DNA from: Antedon mediterranea
Lineage: Eukaryota > Animalia > Echinodermata
Direction: 5' to 3'
NCBI RefSeq assembly: GCF_964355755.1
Contig: NC_092670.1
Span: 2,532,201-2,596,200 of the forward strand
Length of the DNA: 64,000 bases
Below, one piece after another: positions 11,372-24,373 of the stretch. The notes beneath the pieces were generated by a model. It was given only the letters and a program-made list of their open reading frames with translations. It was not told where the DNA came from and ran no database searches. Each line of letters opens with the position of its first letter. Position 1 is the first letter of the stretch. Made by a program: the position numbers and the translations under genes.

Positions 11372-14300
11372 ATACTAAATACGACAATTTTAAGGCAAAA
11401 TACTTAGGGAATTCAGATAATATTGATTTGTTACTTAACGACAGAAATTACGTTAAAGGAAATTTACCAGATGGTAGAAATGTTTTAACTTTATTTGACA
11501 GTGGTTCAACTAGAACTATAATCTCACAATCGTACGTTAATTCCTCACTTTATTTATCGCGTTTAAAGCCAGTTAAAGTGAACACAACTAAATTTCGATT
11601 AGGTAACGGTGACTTCTTATATGCCAACCACTTAGTGCAATTCGAATTATTTATCCAAGGACACAAATTCAAAATTTCAGCGTTAATCGTTAAAAATTTG
11701 ACAGGTATTGACCTGATACTTGGAACCGAAACATTGTCTGAACTCGACGGTACTTTAAATTTTAAGGAAAACACATTTCGCATTAGACCAAAGATTTTTA
11801 GCTTTCGTCCAGTACACAAGATTTTTCTTAAACCCGGTGATACTAAAACAGTTAAATTAAAAGGAAGGGTTCCCGCCTTTGTACGCAATTCTGATGTTGT
11901 TCTACATGCAACCACCCATATTTCAAAACTTTGTCCATCAGATATGTTAGTAAAATTACACAGAGGAGAAACCAACATTGATATCACTAACAACACAAAC
12001 AGAAACGTATCTCTAAATACACATCAACCTATCGCGAGCCTTCACTTAACCAACCTTGTAACAGTTACTAACGACCTACCTGATAGAATAAAGTTGACCA
12101 ATGACAACGCAAATAAGTACCCACATTTAGAACGTACAGACCCATTGCTATCTTTAACCGAGGAAGAAATAATTAGAAAACAAGTTGATTTAACAGACAG
12201 CGTTTTAACACATAGAGAAAAAGAAGATTTGTATAAAACATTACAACAAAACAGAAACGCATTTTCACTTTATGGTGAACTATCTAGCTGCCCAAACTTC
12301 AAAGCTGACATACACCTCTCTAACGATGAACCATTTTTTATTCGACCATACTTCGCGACAGACAAAGATAAACATGTTATTGAGGCCGAATTGAACAAAT
12401 TAGTCAAACTAGGAATCTTAGCAGTAGGACACCAATCGTATACTTCCCCTGTCCTTCTTGTTTCAAAGAAAAATACAAAAGATAAAAGAGTTGTCACAGA
12501 CTTTCGCTATCTAAATTCCAGGATAAAACGTATTAATCACCCATTCCCATTATTAGCCGAAACTCTGAAAACAATAGGTAACGCTAATGCACAGATTCTT
12601 AGCGTAATTGATTTGAAATCAGCGTTCCACTGTGTACCATTAGCCGAACATGCCCAACAATACACAGGTATAGCTTCATATCATGGTGGAAAACATTATT
12701 ATTATAAGAGATTAGCACAAGGACTAAACGTTTCGCCAGGTATATTTCAAGCAAAGATTGACGAAATTTTAAATGAAATCCCAAATTCTAGAGAATTCTG
12801 TATCGCCCATCACGATGATATTATTTTATTTAGCCAAGACAAATTTGCTCATAAGCAGCACCTTGTTTCCGTTTTACAAGCCCTACAATTAAATGGTTTT
12901 AGAATTTGTCCAAAGAAATGTAAGTTATTCAAGAAAAAAGTGCAATATATGGGACACACCATCCTGATTAATTCTTCAGGACACGCATGTATCACACCAT
13001 TAGGCGACAGGTGTGCAGCTATCCGAAATTTGCCAGTCCCACGAACCCATAAAGAAACTAAACGATTTATTGGTGCAGTAAATTATGTATCCCATTTTTT
13101 CCCTCAAATACAATCAATTTTACGTCTGTTACACACACTCGCAAGCAAACGCCGAAAATTTTGTTAGTCTACTGAACACCAGAAAGCATTTGACGAAATT
13201 AAACAATTAATGGTTAAACCACCAACTCTTCAAATGCCTAGAAAAGAAGGTAGATTTACGCTATATAGCGACACTTCAAGAACCGCAACAGGTTCATATT
13301 TAACACAAACAGTAAACGATAAAGAACACATAATAGGTTATTATTCCAAAATCTTACCACAAGCCTGTCAACGATATAGCGTCACAGAATTAGAGTTATT
13401 TGGACTTTACATTAACGTTTCAGCATTTCGACATTTACTAAAGGGTTGCGAATTTGATGCATTCGTAGACCACTCAGCAATTGTACAAAAACTAATATTA
13501 CGATTGTCCGGATACATTTTCCAAATTGGTTATAAGAAAGGAACTGAATTAGTTTTAGCGGATTTTCTCTCCCGAGCCCCTCGTGATGACGATTCCGAAA
13601 TTGATCAAGTTGTACCCATTGCATTTAATATTACAGAGACTGAATCTCTTAACCCGATTACAAACACATCTACTAGCAGACCAGTAACAAGGTCATACGC
13701 CAAGAAAATGGGAATAAATATACCTGACCTACATAAACCCAAACCAGTACAAACGCCCGTCATTAATCAAAACCCAGTGACAACAAACACGCGACCTACA
13801 CCTCAACCTACCGCTACACCACAGATAATCACGAGACAACAAACAAACGCACATCGATCACCGCCTATCATAACGCCACCTATCGTAACACCACCCCCAA
13901 TACGTAATGTAAACATTCGACAACCTCCATAGGAACGACTAGTAGACAAAAACAAGCAAAGCAAAGATACTACACATCGAAACGTACCAGTTGAATTGTA
14001 TACATCGCCCAAACCACTAGTACCCAACATAACTGAATTTAAGTCAGCACACATCCCAAAACAACAAGACTTAAATAGATTAATGGATGTTATTCAAAGA
14101 AAGATAATTAGAGATTATAACCTCCCAGTAGATGTTAAACAATTACGTGTTGAACAAGAAACTTCACCATTTTTTAAGCCAGTTTACGATTATTTAGTTC
14201 ATGATATCCTTCCAGCTGATAAGAAAGCAGCTCGTGCAGTTCAGAATAAGTCAGAGCAGTACATATTGTGCAACGGTTTACTATTCCGTTTATTTTTTCC

Positions 14301-15997
14301 AAGATAAAGGTGGAGAATTTGTATTGCAATTAGCTGTTCCTGAAAACTTAGCAGAGACTGTTATTTCTCAGTATCACGACAATTTGTTAAGTAGCCACCA
14401 AGGTACGATGCGTACTTACCTTACTATTAGGAAATTATTTTACATGCCTCTTATGTTCGAGAAAGTCAACAATTATACCCAAGCGTGTCTTAGATGTCAA
14501 CAATTTCGTCCCAAAACCGATAAATTACGTCCTTTACACGATCGAGTGCCAGCAACTTACCGTCCCTTTCATACACTCAGTCTAGATTTTAAGAGTATGC
14601 CAACTTCACCTTCAGGTTTTAAACATATTATGGTAGTATGTGATGAGATAACTAGATTTTTGATTTGTGTACCTTTGAAATCCATTGATGCCGAAACAAT
14701 TTGTGAAGCACTAATTCAAAAGGTCATCAGTATTTTCGGACCCCCATCTCGTCTTATTTCAGATGCAGCAACCTCCCTTACAGGAAAATTATTAACACTA
14801 TTATGTAACACCCTTAATATTGATAGGAAAATCATCAGCGTCCACAATCACGGTAGTTTACAAGTTGAACGTCATATCCGCACCGTATCGGACCTGTTAA
14901 AAGTCAACCTTAACCAATTCGGAACAGATTGGGTTAGATTTGTATCAACAACATGTTATGCTTATAACTCGTTTTCATCCCCACATCTAGGAAACCACTC
15001 CCCTTACGAATTAGTTTTTGGCCGCCAACCTCCAAGTTTGACCTCATTAGCATTTAACCCTATTTCAGGATTGTCTCATTCCTATGAAGAATACTTTGAA
15101 CATCTCAAGAAGAAATTTCAAAACATTTCACAGACAATGCTACAATTACAGCGAACACAACAAAACGTCCAAAACTCAAAGATTTCCCAACGCTTAGAAA
15201 AAAGTCCAATTTACTCAGTAGGACAACTCGTATATTTATACAAGCCAACATCATCATCACTAACAGCAAATTCAAAGAAAATCGCCGCAGAATGGGTCGG
15301 ACCATTAGTGATTCATGAAGTACTAGACAGAACACACTACATCCTAGCGACGATTAAAGGAGAAATACTTCGCGACGTATTCAATTATAACAGACTGAAA
15401 CCCTGTTTTATGAGAACACCCAAAGAACGCAAAAATTTTACACATCTACAAAAACTTAAACAATTGTTGAATGAACCAACCGATGATAATAACGATAAAA
15501 TCCAAAACACCATTAATGTAGTAAATGACGAAATCAATGTTGAATTTGTAGACGAACATGATAGGACACCCACCCAATTGCAATCAGATACCCTTACACA
15601 TCCAACTAAGATAGAACCCCTTAACTTGCAACCTTACATTGACTGTGTAGAGAATAACATGGGATTAGCAGCCCCATTCCAAATGAAGGAAGAACAAATC
15701 AAGGAACAAACTAATCTAATTATGACAGCACCTAATGATTCAAATATGACATTAAACCGAGGTAGATTTAAAGCAGGACATTTCCAAGTTTTAGTTTCGT
15801 ATTCTAAACCGACTTCAGCCAAACGCAACACTGATGAAACAAAACACGAATCTAATGATCGCAAATTTTGGTGGAATATTGACAGATATAACGATACAGA
15901 TAAATTGATTAAAGAGATCATTAATGATAAACAGATACCGATAAGTGGATCGCCAAAACGATTCATAAAACGTTTGTATAATGCAACAAGTTACTGA
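11336..15997 (+). pseudogene. pol: Pol (protease-RT-RNase H-integrase), disrupted
   Basis: LFDSGS protease; RT with IDLKSAF, QGL and AHHDD; RNase H YSDTS..ELE; integrase H-H-C-C and LSLDF..SD..ER. Stops at 13165 and 13930, frameshift ~14295, apparent deletion ~13490. Confidence 0.93.
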
Positions 15998-16889
15998 TTT
16001 AATTTTTTGCAAGAAATTATTTTTAAATTACGACATTTGCTAAATTAATGATAGCATAGTCTACGTATTTTTGATGAGATTTGTTTAATAATGATGTGAT
16101 TTCAGTTAAAAGAGAATTGAATTTATGTTTAAGTATTGATTTTGTAACGAGTTTTTTGATAATGATTAAATTTGAATTTTGATGATCGATATATTGAGAT
16201 ATTGAAAAGAACGACAATCATTTTGTAACAAATATTTTGTTTAACCTTTGAGTCGTTAATCTCAAGCATTAATTAATTGATATACAAGAACAGGAGATTT
16301 TCTTAGTACTTTTAATTGTAATTTTTTTTGACATTGAGTACAAAAGTCGAATTTGTCGACCGATTGAAATCGTAATTACCTGTAAATATAAATGCTTAAA
16401 TCGATAAAGTTGTGACGATAATGATATATTGTGGATAAGTTTGTGTCAACGGGACACACACATTTGTTTCTTCAAAGTTTTAAGTGATTAAGTTTGATAT
16501 TTGATTTTAGGCTAATCAGCCACAGTTTCTTGAGTTTTATGTTTTGATTTGATTGATTTATGTTTGAAGACCATTAGAACGCGATGAGTGTATGTTCAAT
16601 GTAACATACTATTTTTAAGTTTTGTAATTTTATTTTTAACTGATTTATGTTTGATTTACGCGAATTTTATACCAAATTCATTTTGATTTCATTTTTTTTA
16701 AGAGAGAGAAGAGAGAGAGTGAAAGTGATAAGGTTACACTTCAGAGTCAATGGTTTTGGCTAACTCAATTTTTGCTTATATGTATAATAATGTTTTTTTT
16801 CTTTTATATAACTTTAATTTTGCATGCCACTATTATAACCATTTTTATATGTTAAATAGATTAGAAAAAAAAAATGGGAAACAGAGGGA

Positions 16890-17513
16890 TGTAATATAAG
16901 GATATACTTTTATATTTAAGAAATTGACCTTTGTATCGGAATTCAAATAGGTTCACAAACTTGACCCAGAAAGTCCAAAGGAGAGTTTGTCCAGATGTTT
17001 TAATGACCATTTAGTTTATAATAGAATCCCTAAAGAAAACACTTAGCTTAACTTTGCGACCGTTCCCATCGTAAAACAATTAGATACTGACAGTTTTAAG
17101 CAGAGATTTGACAGGGCCAATTCATCATTGTAACCTCCCCAGATAAGATCAATCACTCCCACTTAAACACCCCTGGATCAACTTAGGACCAATCGTTACC
17201 CTCACAGATGATGTAATGACATTATGCAAATGAACTGAGCCAATATACTCCCAAGTTTCAGAAGGGCCCAGACACACCTTACAGCCACCTCACGGAGCAC
17301 ACACCTTACAGCCACCTCACGGAGCACACACCTCACAGCAGACCTACACACTTCACACCTCACCGACAGCATCATTGACCGTCCGTTTCTTATCTATACT
17401 TATAGTTGTATATTGTACTGAAGTATTATACTGAATAAATAATATATGTGTTACGACAGTCAAGCGAGTCAGAGTCCTTCATTAGTACCTCAACAACCCA
17501 ACACTATATTACA
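16890..17513 (+). repeat. 3' LTR
   Basis: Matches the 5' LTR. One substitution seen by eye (CCAGGAAG vs CCAGAAAG). Confidence 0.97.
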
Positions 17514-19440
17514 CTATGGTAATTGTAACTTTATAGGAATAAAGTGTAATACATGTTGTAATGAAATAATCTTAAATTTATAAAATGAAACTGCTATTAA
17601 AATTAAATATTGCAGTCATCCATAAAGCTTGTTGAATATTAAATTCCACTAGACATTGTAGTTGTATAAGTTTAAAAACTTAACTCAAAATGAATAATAT
17701 CTGCAAAGTCTATTCCTAAATTATGTGTTTGTCGGTAATTGTATTAGCTTAAGTTGTAGAAAATCAAATTCAGTTAAGAAGGTGACACATCCTCATTGCA
17801 CAAATTAAGTAGAATACTGGCACCCCAACCCTATTGAAATAAACATACAGTACTTTTTGCATTGCTTGATGGTCCAGCTTCACTTCTTGATCGTTCACCT
17901 ATAAAATAGTATTTTAGGACAGTAATTAAAATATACATGTTTATGAATACTATTACTATATACATTTTTTTACAATTAATAACATTTTTTCCTGCAAACC
18001 AAACTACTACAGATGACCTATCAATGAAATTATATGCTATTGGTAATTATTATTGTATTAAATAATGTTAGAAGTTGTACAAATTTGATTTAATTTAGAT
18101 TATAATAGATGATGTTACCACAATAACCAAGTGACATAATTTAATGTATCCATATACAAAACTTTCTAACTTATGTTTGTTGGAAATTTGTTTGTAATTC
18201 CCGATTGCCTAAATAAGTAGAATATTAAGACGACCTCCAACTCCATTGAAATAAAACATACTTTCTGCATTGCTGGATGGTCCAGCTTTACTTGATTGTT
18301 TACCTATAAAGAAACATATAACAATTCAGTATAAATTACCATGTTTACTCTCTTTTTATATAAGTGGGCCTCCTTTGTAAAATTTATATTTGTAAGAAAT
18401 ATTGTATATAGTCAAAGTGAGAATACACAAGGTAATTATCCTGTTTTGGTTACCATTTATTAAGTAATAGACATAACTTTAAACTGTGATATTAATGAAT
18501 CTCAATTTTGTAGCAAGTTTTGGTTTCAAATTATTTACGCACATTTAAGACAAGAAACGACCTGGTTTAATGTTTTTAAAGTTATATATATATGCATTAT
18601 TTTTACAAAACGTCAAAAATTGCAGGTCTAGTGTCTTTAACAGTAATCTTTATTTTTAATGATTTACAGTATGGATAAAACTTATAGTGTTAACCATTAA
18701 TGCAATCAATGCTACAAAAATGTACAGTGCTTGAGAAAGTTAAATGAATTACAATTTACTGTATGGATTAAATAAATAAGAAGCATTGTGAACGAAAGGA
18801 AGACCAATAAGAGCATAGCTCGTAACAGATGGTCACCTAAAAAAAAATCCTCTAAAAATACTAGAACTTAGAATAGTACAGGAAAACTATGAAATATGGT
18901 TGAAAAAATTGCAACAGAATTTATTTCACCACAATGCATTTCTATAAGGTCCCTATATGAACATACTAAAAGTCTAGAAAAATCCAGGTAGGGGAAATAG
19001 GTTTTTTTAAACAAAATGGCCGCCAATGGCGAAAATTCCTAAAACAGGACAAAAAAACATAAATGATAGATCTAATTACCACTTTATAACAGTTTTTACA
19101 ATGGTTTATATATTTCTTTACAATTTCGAAGATCTGACCTACAATATACACATTATAAGTGCTGTTAATTAGAAAATGGCCGAAAAACAAATGTTTAAAA
19201 AGATCATGGAACATGGTATTTGATGTTTATGTAAAATAGTAGTATTATAGTTGTTCTCCTTGATGGATATTAAACAGACAATAAATTAAAAGTTTTCAGG
19301 ACATAATTAAAGTGTTTTCTGCTATTTCGCGCAACTGCTCTCAGTTCACGACTATTCGGGTTTTTTCGGCTTTTTCCGGTAACCTCTGATAGTGACGTCA
19401 TAAGATGAAGAAACTTTTTCGTGTACTGTACAAAACTAGG

Positions 19441-20686
19441 ATGTCAACACGTATCGCGTATGATTTTGACAGTTCTTCGTCAGAGGAATTAGAAGAGGAA
19501 ACATTGATAGTGGAATGCGAAACTGAGGAAAATGAAGGAGAAACTATTTTGTTTAACAATCGAAATATTGAATGGAATGTCGATGAAATTAATTCGGCCG
19601 TACATGTACGAGCCCGATTGTAGTTCTGATGATTCTTCATCATCAGAAGATGGCGACGGTGACCGTCACCTAGGCCTACCTACAATTCAAGCAGAGAATA
19701 TTCAACTTCAAACCCAGTTATTAAATTGGTTAGTAGTACTATCTCTTTTATTAAAAATTAATGTATAACTTTATTGTATAATTAACAATTCCCTAGTAGA
19801 TAACTACGATATTCTTCCGTCATGCCAGTGTGTATTGTGGCTTAGTTAGGCCTAATAATAGAGGCTAGGCCTAGCTAGGCCCTACTGTACTTTACTCCAA
19901 TTCATGCGGCTAGGCCTAGCCCTCTCACCGGCGACGGTCGGCTATCGTCTATAATAAATAAAGATTAAATTGAATCGTAGAAAGCAAAAATGTACATTAC
20001 GGTATTAGACTGACCATTTTATTTAACAAATTTGCACTTTGTTGTTTGAAATAGGCCTAGGGTAGGCCTAGATAGATAGGCCCACCCCTAGGCTAGCCAA
20101 GATGCAGATTTATTTTCCTATTTCACACACAATACATTAAATTAATCATTAATAATCACTAAAACTTTAAAAATATTTAATATAGCGCCCTATAAATTGT
20201 GACATCTCAGAATATTGTAGCGCTACAATATTATTATTACAAAATATTTTTGTTTTTATAATACAGGTGTGATTGTGGCCATTGCCAGATGCTACCCACG
20301 TATCGCGAATGTCGATGTTGCCAGGAAGTAGGCCCTATTATTTATTAATCATACTATAGGCTGGAGGAAGGTCAGACAATTTACAATACGGAGAAGCCTA
20401 CATATGCATCACTGAACATCCTGGATTCACTGCTGCCTGTTTGAATTTGCATGTGTTGGAAATTGCATGGCTGCATTACCGCCAACAGTATGACACACCT
20501 GTTGAAGCCTCAAAACATAAACGTCTGAGACATATTGCGTACCGGCAACTCGCCAGATGGTGTTGGGGGTTTTTGGGCCGAAACCTAAGGGTATTCTTAC
20601 CATCATGTGCCGTTTCCTGCATAAGAGCCCACTTCCCACCACCAGGTATGGAAGATGATTTCCAGTTTGCTGGATTTTTGGATTGA
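19441..20686 (+). pseudogene. KolX / P2X7 cytoplasmic ballast-like Zn-binding protein
   Basis: Exon 19441-19728 (acidic N-terminus, RPYMYEP, frameshifted) and exon from 20267: WCDCGHCQMLPTYRECRCCQE..CITEHPGF..RHIAYRQLARWCWGFLGRNLRVFLPSCAVSCIRAHFP. Confidence 0.85.
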
Positions 20687-21055
20687 GTAAACATTTAGCA
20701 CCAACTTGTATTGAGATTACAATTAACCACATACAATTATTTACTGTACTTCATAAAGGAAAGTATTGTACACTGTATCTGATAGAAATAAAATATACAT
20801 TTCTCTGACACAATTTATTAAAAAATTATGCACACAAGTGATTATTTTGTTTATAAAACTGTTGGCTCTGGATTGTGGAGCTGTATGCACATAAACAAAT
20901 GGCTTTTAATCTTTTACTAAAAAAATGAAATAATGATTTATAATAAAAAGCATGATGGAATGTATCTCATTTCTTGGAGTATGTATTATACTTCTTATTT
21001 GAAGTTGATCAGTGGACCTTTTGGCTGCTGATTTATTTACTGCATAATTTTTGCC

Positions 21056-21222
21056 TTAGTTGTTCACATTTGGAAATCTTGTGAAGTGGTTGGCAATAGC
21101 GGTCTCTTTGTCGGGGCGTTCAAATCCTGAACAGAGTTGGGGTGGCGCATCAACAACATCAACATCTTCTGCTGTCCCTTCAACAATGCTCATTACCTCC
21201 AAGATGAGGTCATCCACATACC
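21056..21222 (-). pseudogene. Terminal exon of a Kolobok-type transposase
   Basis: AG|GYVDDLILEVMSIVEG..APPQLCSGFERPDKETAIANHFTRF..stop, convergent on KolX. It resembles the C-terminus of KolX-linked transposases. Upstream exons are absent. Confidence 0.6.
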
Positions 21223-21743
21223 CTGCGAAATAATAATACGGTACTGTAAGAACAAAATCATTTGTAAAAGTGCAATAAGATTATATAATTTATAATTTGA
21301 CTTTTCTAAAGCAAATTTCAAATGGTTCAATTTTTGTTCAAACCAATAGAGAATATATATAGTGCAATCTGTCAATGCAACTTACAAAGCAACTTACAAA
21401 TTATTGCAGTCAGCTTGTGCACAAGCTTTATTTTTATGAGGGCAGAACAACTCCCCACCTGAACTATTATGCTGGGGCTTTCAACACAGTACTACTAGCC
21501 TAGGCCCTTTGTGTTGCTGATTTTAAAACCGAATTAATCACCTAGGCCTACTACTCTACTATACTAGAAAGAAGTACTAGTACAACCTACCGTTTATTTA
21601 GTTAATCGACACAACAACTTCAGTTTTACTAATTTTTTTATTGCGTTTAAAAACACGATAATAATGCATTCGTATAACTGACTGTAACTAAACCATTCCA
21701 AAGTTTGGGTCCGTAATTGAAAATGTAAACCTAGGCCTAGGAC

Positions 21744-21997
21744 CATGTATTGTTGGTCTGGTCAATTTCCCCACGACGTTCTTCGCCGCCTTCGCGTTGG
21801 TCCGCCTCGCCTTCAGAATCGGTGAGATCGGGCTCTCATATAGGCCTACGGTTGAATTAATTGCATTCAATAACACTTTCTTGCGTATCCATAACGACGT
21901 CTCCTTCATCTTCATCAATTTCGAATTCATAATGGATAGTTTCCTCTTCAAAATCAGACTCCGAACTGTCGAGATCGTACACAATACGTGTTGACAT
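21744..21997 (-). pseudogene. First exon of a second, diverged KolX-like gene
   Basis: MSTRIVYDLDSSESDFEEETI.. versus MSTRIAYDFDSSSSEELEEETL.. at 19441. Same position relative to the TIR and same TG|GT donor. Not shown in the ORF track. Confidence 0.75.
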
Positions 21998-24190
21998 CTT
22001 GCCGATACAGTACAGTTTGTATACAATTTAGAGAGATGCGTCGCGACCAGGGCAGTGCAGTGTGTTCATCTTATGACGTCACGATTTATCGCCTTGGATT
22101 TCCTGCTTCCAAATTCGACTTCGGAGATATTTACTCCGATGTATGTAAATCATAACAAATTCATAATTTACGCTTATAGAATTTATTTTATCAAAACGTA
22201 CTAATAAAATCAACATATTCAGACCCAAATCAGCTAAAAAACGTTATACATCAAATACCATGTTCCATGATCTTTAAGTGCTTCAGAAACCATTCTTTTA
22301 ATTTCTTCCTTTGATAGACGACCTTTGTCGTTTGTGATTGTGATATTATTGGTCTTTCTGGTACCTTTATCAACTGCAGATACATTTAGGATACCGTTTG
22401 CATCAATGTCAAAGGTTACCTCAATTTGAGGAACACCACGTGATGCTGGTGGAATTCCAGATAATTCAAATTTACCTAAAAGGTTATTGTCTTTGGTCAT
22501 GGATCGTTCACCTTCGTATACTTGAATTAGCACACCAGGTTGGTTGTCTGCATATGTGGTAAAAACTGATGCTTGCTCAGTTGGAATGTGTGTATTACGT
22601 TTGATGAGAGCAGACATGACTCCTCCAGCTGTCTCAATACCAAGTGAGAATGGTGCAACATCAAGCAAACGTACATCTAGCAATTCATCAGACTTATTAC
22701 CAGAAAGTAAGGCTGCATGGACAGCTGAAAAAAACAAAAATATTGATTTAGTAATGACCCAAACTTTGTTTGTGCTTGACTTTGATTGTTGATTATGTTA
22801 CTGTACTTAATTACCTGCTCCATAAGCAACAGCCTCATCAGGGTTGATGCCCTTGTTTAGTTCTTTGTTATTAAAGAAGTCGCTGAGCATTTGTTGCATT
22901 TTGGGAATTCTAGTTGAGCCACCAACTAGTACCAACTCGTGGATCTCATCCTTTCCAAATGAAGCATCGTTAAGTGCTTTTTCTACTGGAACAATGGTGT
23001 CGCGTAAAAGATCGTTGTTCATCTCCTCGAAACATGCTCGGCTGATTGATGTGTAGAAGTCAATTCCATCAAAGAGCGAATCAATCTCAATACTAATATT
23101 GATTTGAATAAAAACCAAAATAATAGTAATGTTAAATGACAAAGAGCTTCACATCGAAACTAAAGACTACTGTAAAAAAGTAACACCAAACAATGGAACA
23201 CCAAGGATCAATTGTTTGGAAACAATATAAATAGGGTTTTCATTCATTCAACTTTGATAATTGTACATAAAGTTTCCTGTAGGTATATGACGGAGGAGTT
23301 TATATAGCCATTAGTCTTACCTTGCTTGTGTTCTAGAAGATAGTGTTCTCTTTGCTTGTTCGCAGGCTGTTCGTAACCTCAATACTGCACGTTTGTTTGA
23401 TTGAATGTCTTTCTTGTATTTCCTCTTAATTTCTTGGATGAAGTGTTTCACCATTCTGCGATTGAAGTCCTCGCCACCCAAATGAGTATCTCCAGAAACT
23501 GCCTTGACCTCAAAGATACCTTTCTTGATTGTAACGATAGATACATCAAAATTGCCACCACCCAGGTCAAAGATTAGCACATTACACTTTGCTTGATGCT
23601 GTTGATAACAACCAATTCACTATAAAACTTTTCATTTATAATTGTTACCTGCTTTCTCTGTTTGTTGTTAAAAATATTTGTGAAAAGCAAGGCCACAATT
23701 ATTATCCAATCTTGCTACAATGATCTATGATCTAATATTGGTAGTAGTTTAATTTGAAAATAGGAAGGTCAAAGGTCAAGTTCACAATCCATCAAAATTA
23801 TTTTATACAAATTTTTAAAAAAATCCATGACAAAAGACTCCTTGGCAGGATTTAAACAACAGATTTCAACCATGGACATCTAGATACATAAGCTCATACA
23901 CCAAACTCGCATTCATTTGTTATACAGAGAAATTACAGTACCTTTCTAAAGGCAGAAAATAAAAAACATCGTTTATGTATTTGTAAATCAATTATATAGT
24001 ACTGTAGAGCTTAGTTCTAATACCCTAATAGAAGTGAATCAAAAGGAAGAATTACAAGAATATCTGAGTTATAAATATTTTTCCATAGAAAGATCGAGAT
24101 TTTACCAGTAGAAATCTTTCCATTTTCTTAGTTTTGGTGCTGGAGATTGTTGTAATTATTATGTTATGTTATTATAGGTAATGAATTTTA

Positions 24191-24373
<183 letters not shown>

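Larger units (their letters stand above)
9062..17513 (+). mobile_element. Full-length Gypsy/Ty3-type LTR retrotransposon
   Basis: Two 624-bp TG..CA LTRs, 4-bp TSD CTAT (9058-9061, 17514-17517), PBS-like TGGTGGAAGA at 9686, polypurine tract 16863-16889, domain order gag-PR-RT-RNaseH-IN. Confidence 0.97.
6470..18304 (-). pseudogene. Multi-exon tandem-DED-like (death-fold) gene remnant
   Basis: Exons with AG/GT boundaries: 18303-18262 and ~17898-17854 (phase-1 microexons), 8945-8420 (two DED-like domains, frameshift ~8835), 8047-7977 (in-frame TGA), ~7371-7327 (microexon with TAA), and a possible exon ~6615-6470. Microexon coordinates are approximate. Confidence 0.6.
19201..22273. mobile_element. 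Kolobok-type DNA transposon composite (defective)
   Basis: Perfect 26-bp TIR AGATCATGGAACATGGTATTTGATGT (19201-19226 / 22248-22273), TTAA at right and TTAAAA at left, subterminal inverted GTGACGTCATAAGATGAA (19392 / 22065), KolX-like gene and a convergent transposase last exon. Confidence 0.8.

Noticed and set aside
15998-16889. env gene in the LTR element
   Set aside because: No sizeable ORF, signal peptide or transmembrane segment between the integrase stop and the PPT.
18780-19200. Long terminal direct repeat of the Kolobok element, or continuation of Hsp70
   Set aside because: No matching copy at the other end and no Hsp70 lid codons. It looks like a piece of an unrelated repeat.
20328-20359. 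32-nt GT-AG intron in KolX
   Set aside because: It would restore the frame but is implausibly short; decay by small indels explains the region equally well.
21688-22026. 112-aa ORF as a transposase N-terminus
   Set aside because: Wrong frame. The meaningful reading is the KolX-like exon starting at 21997.
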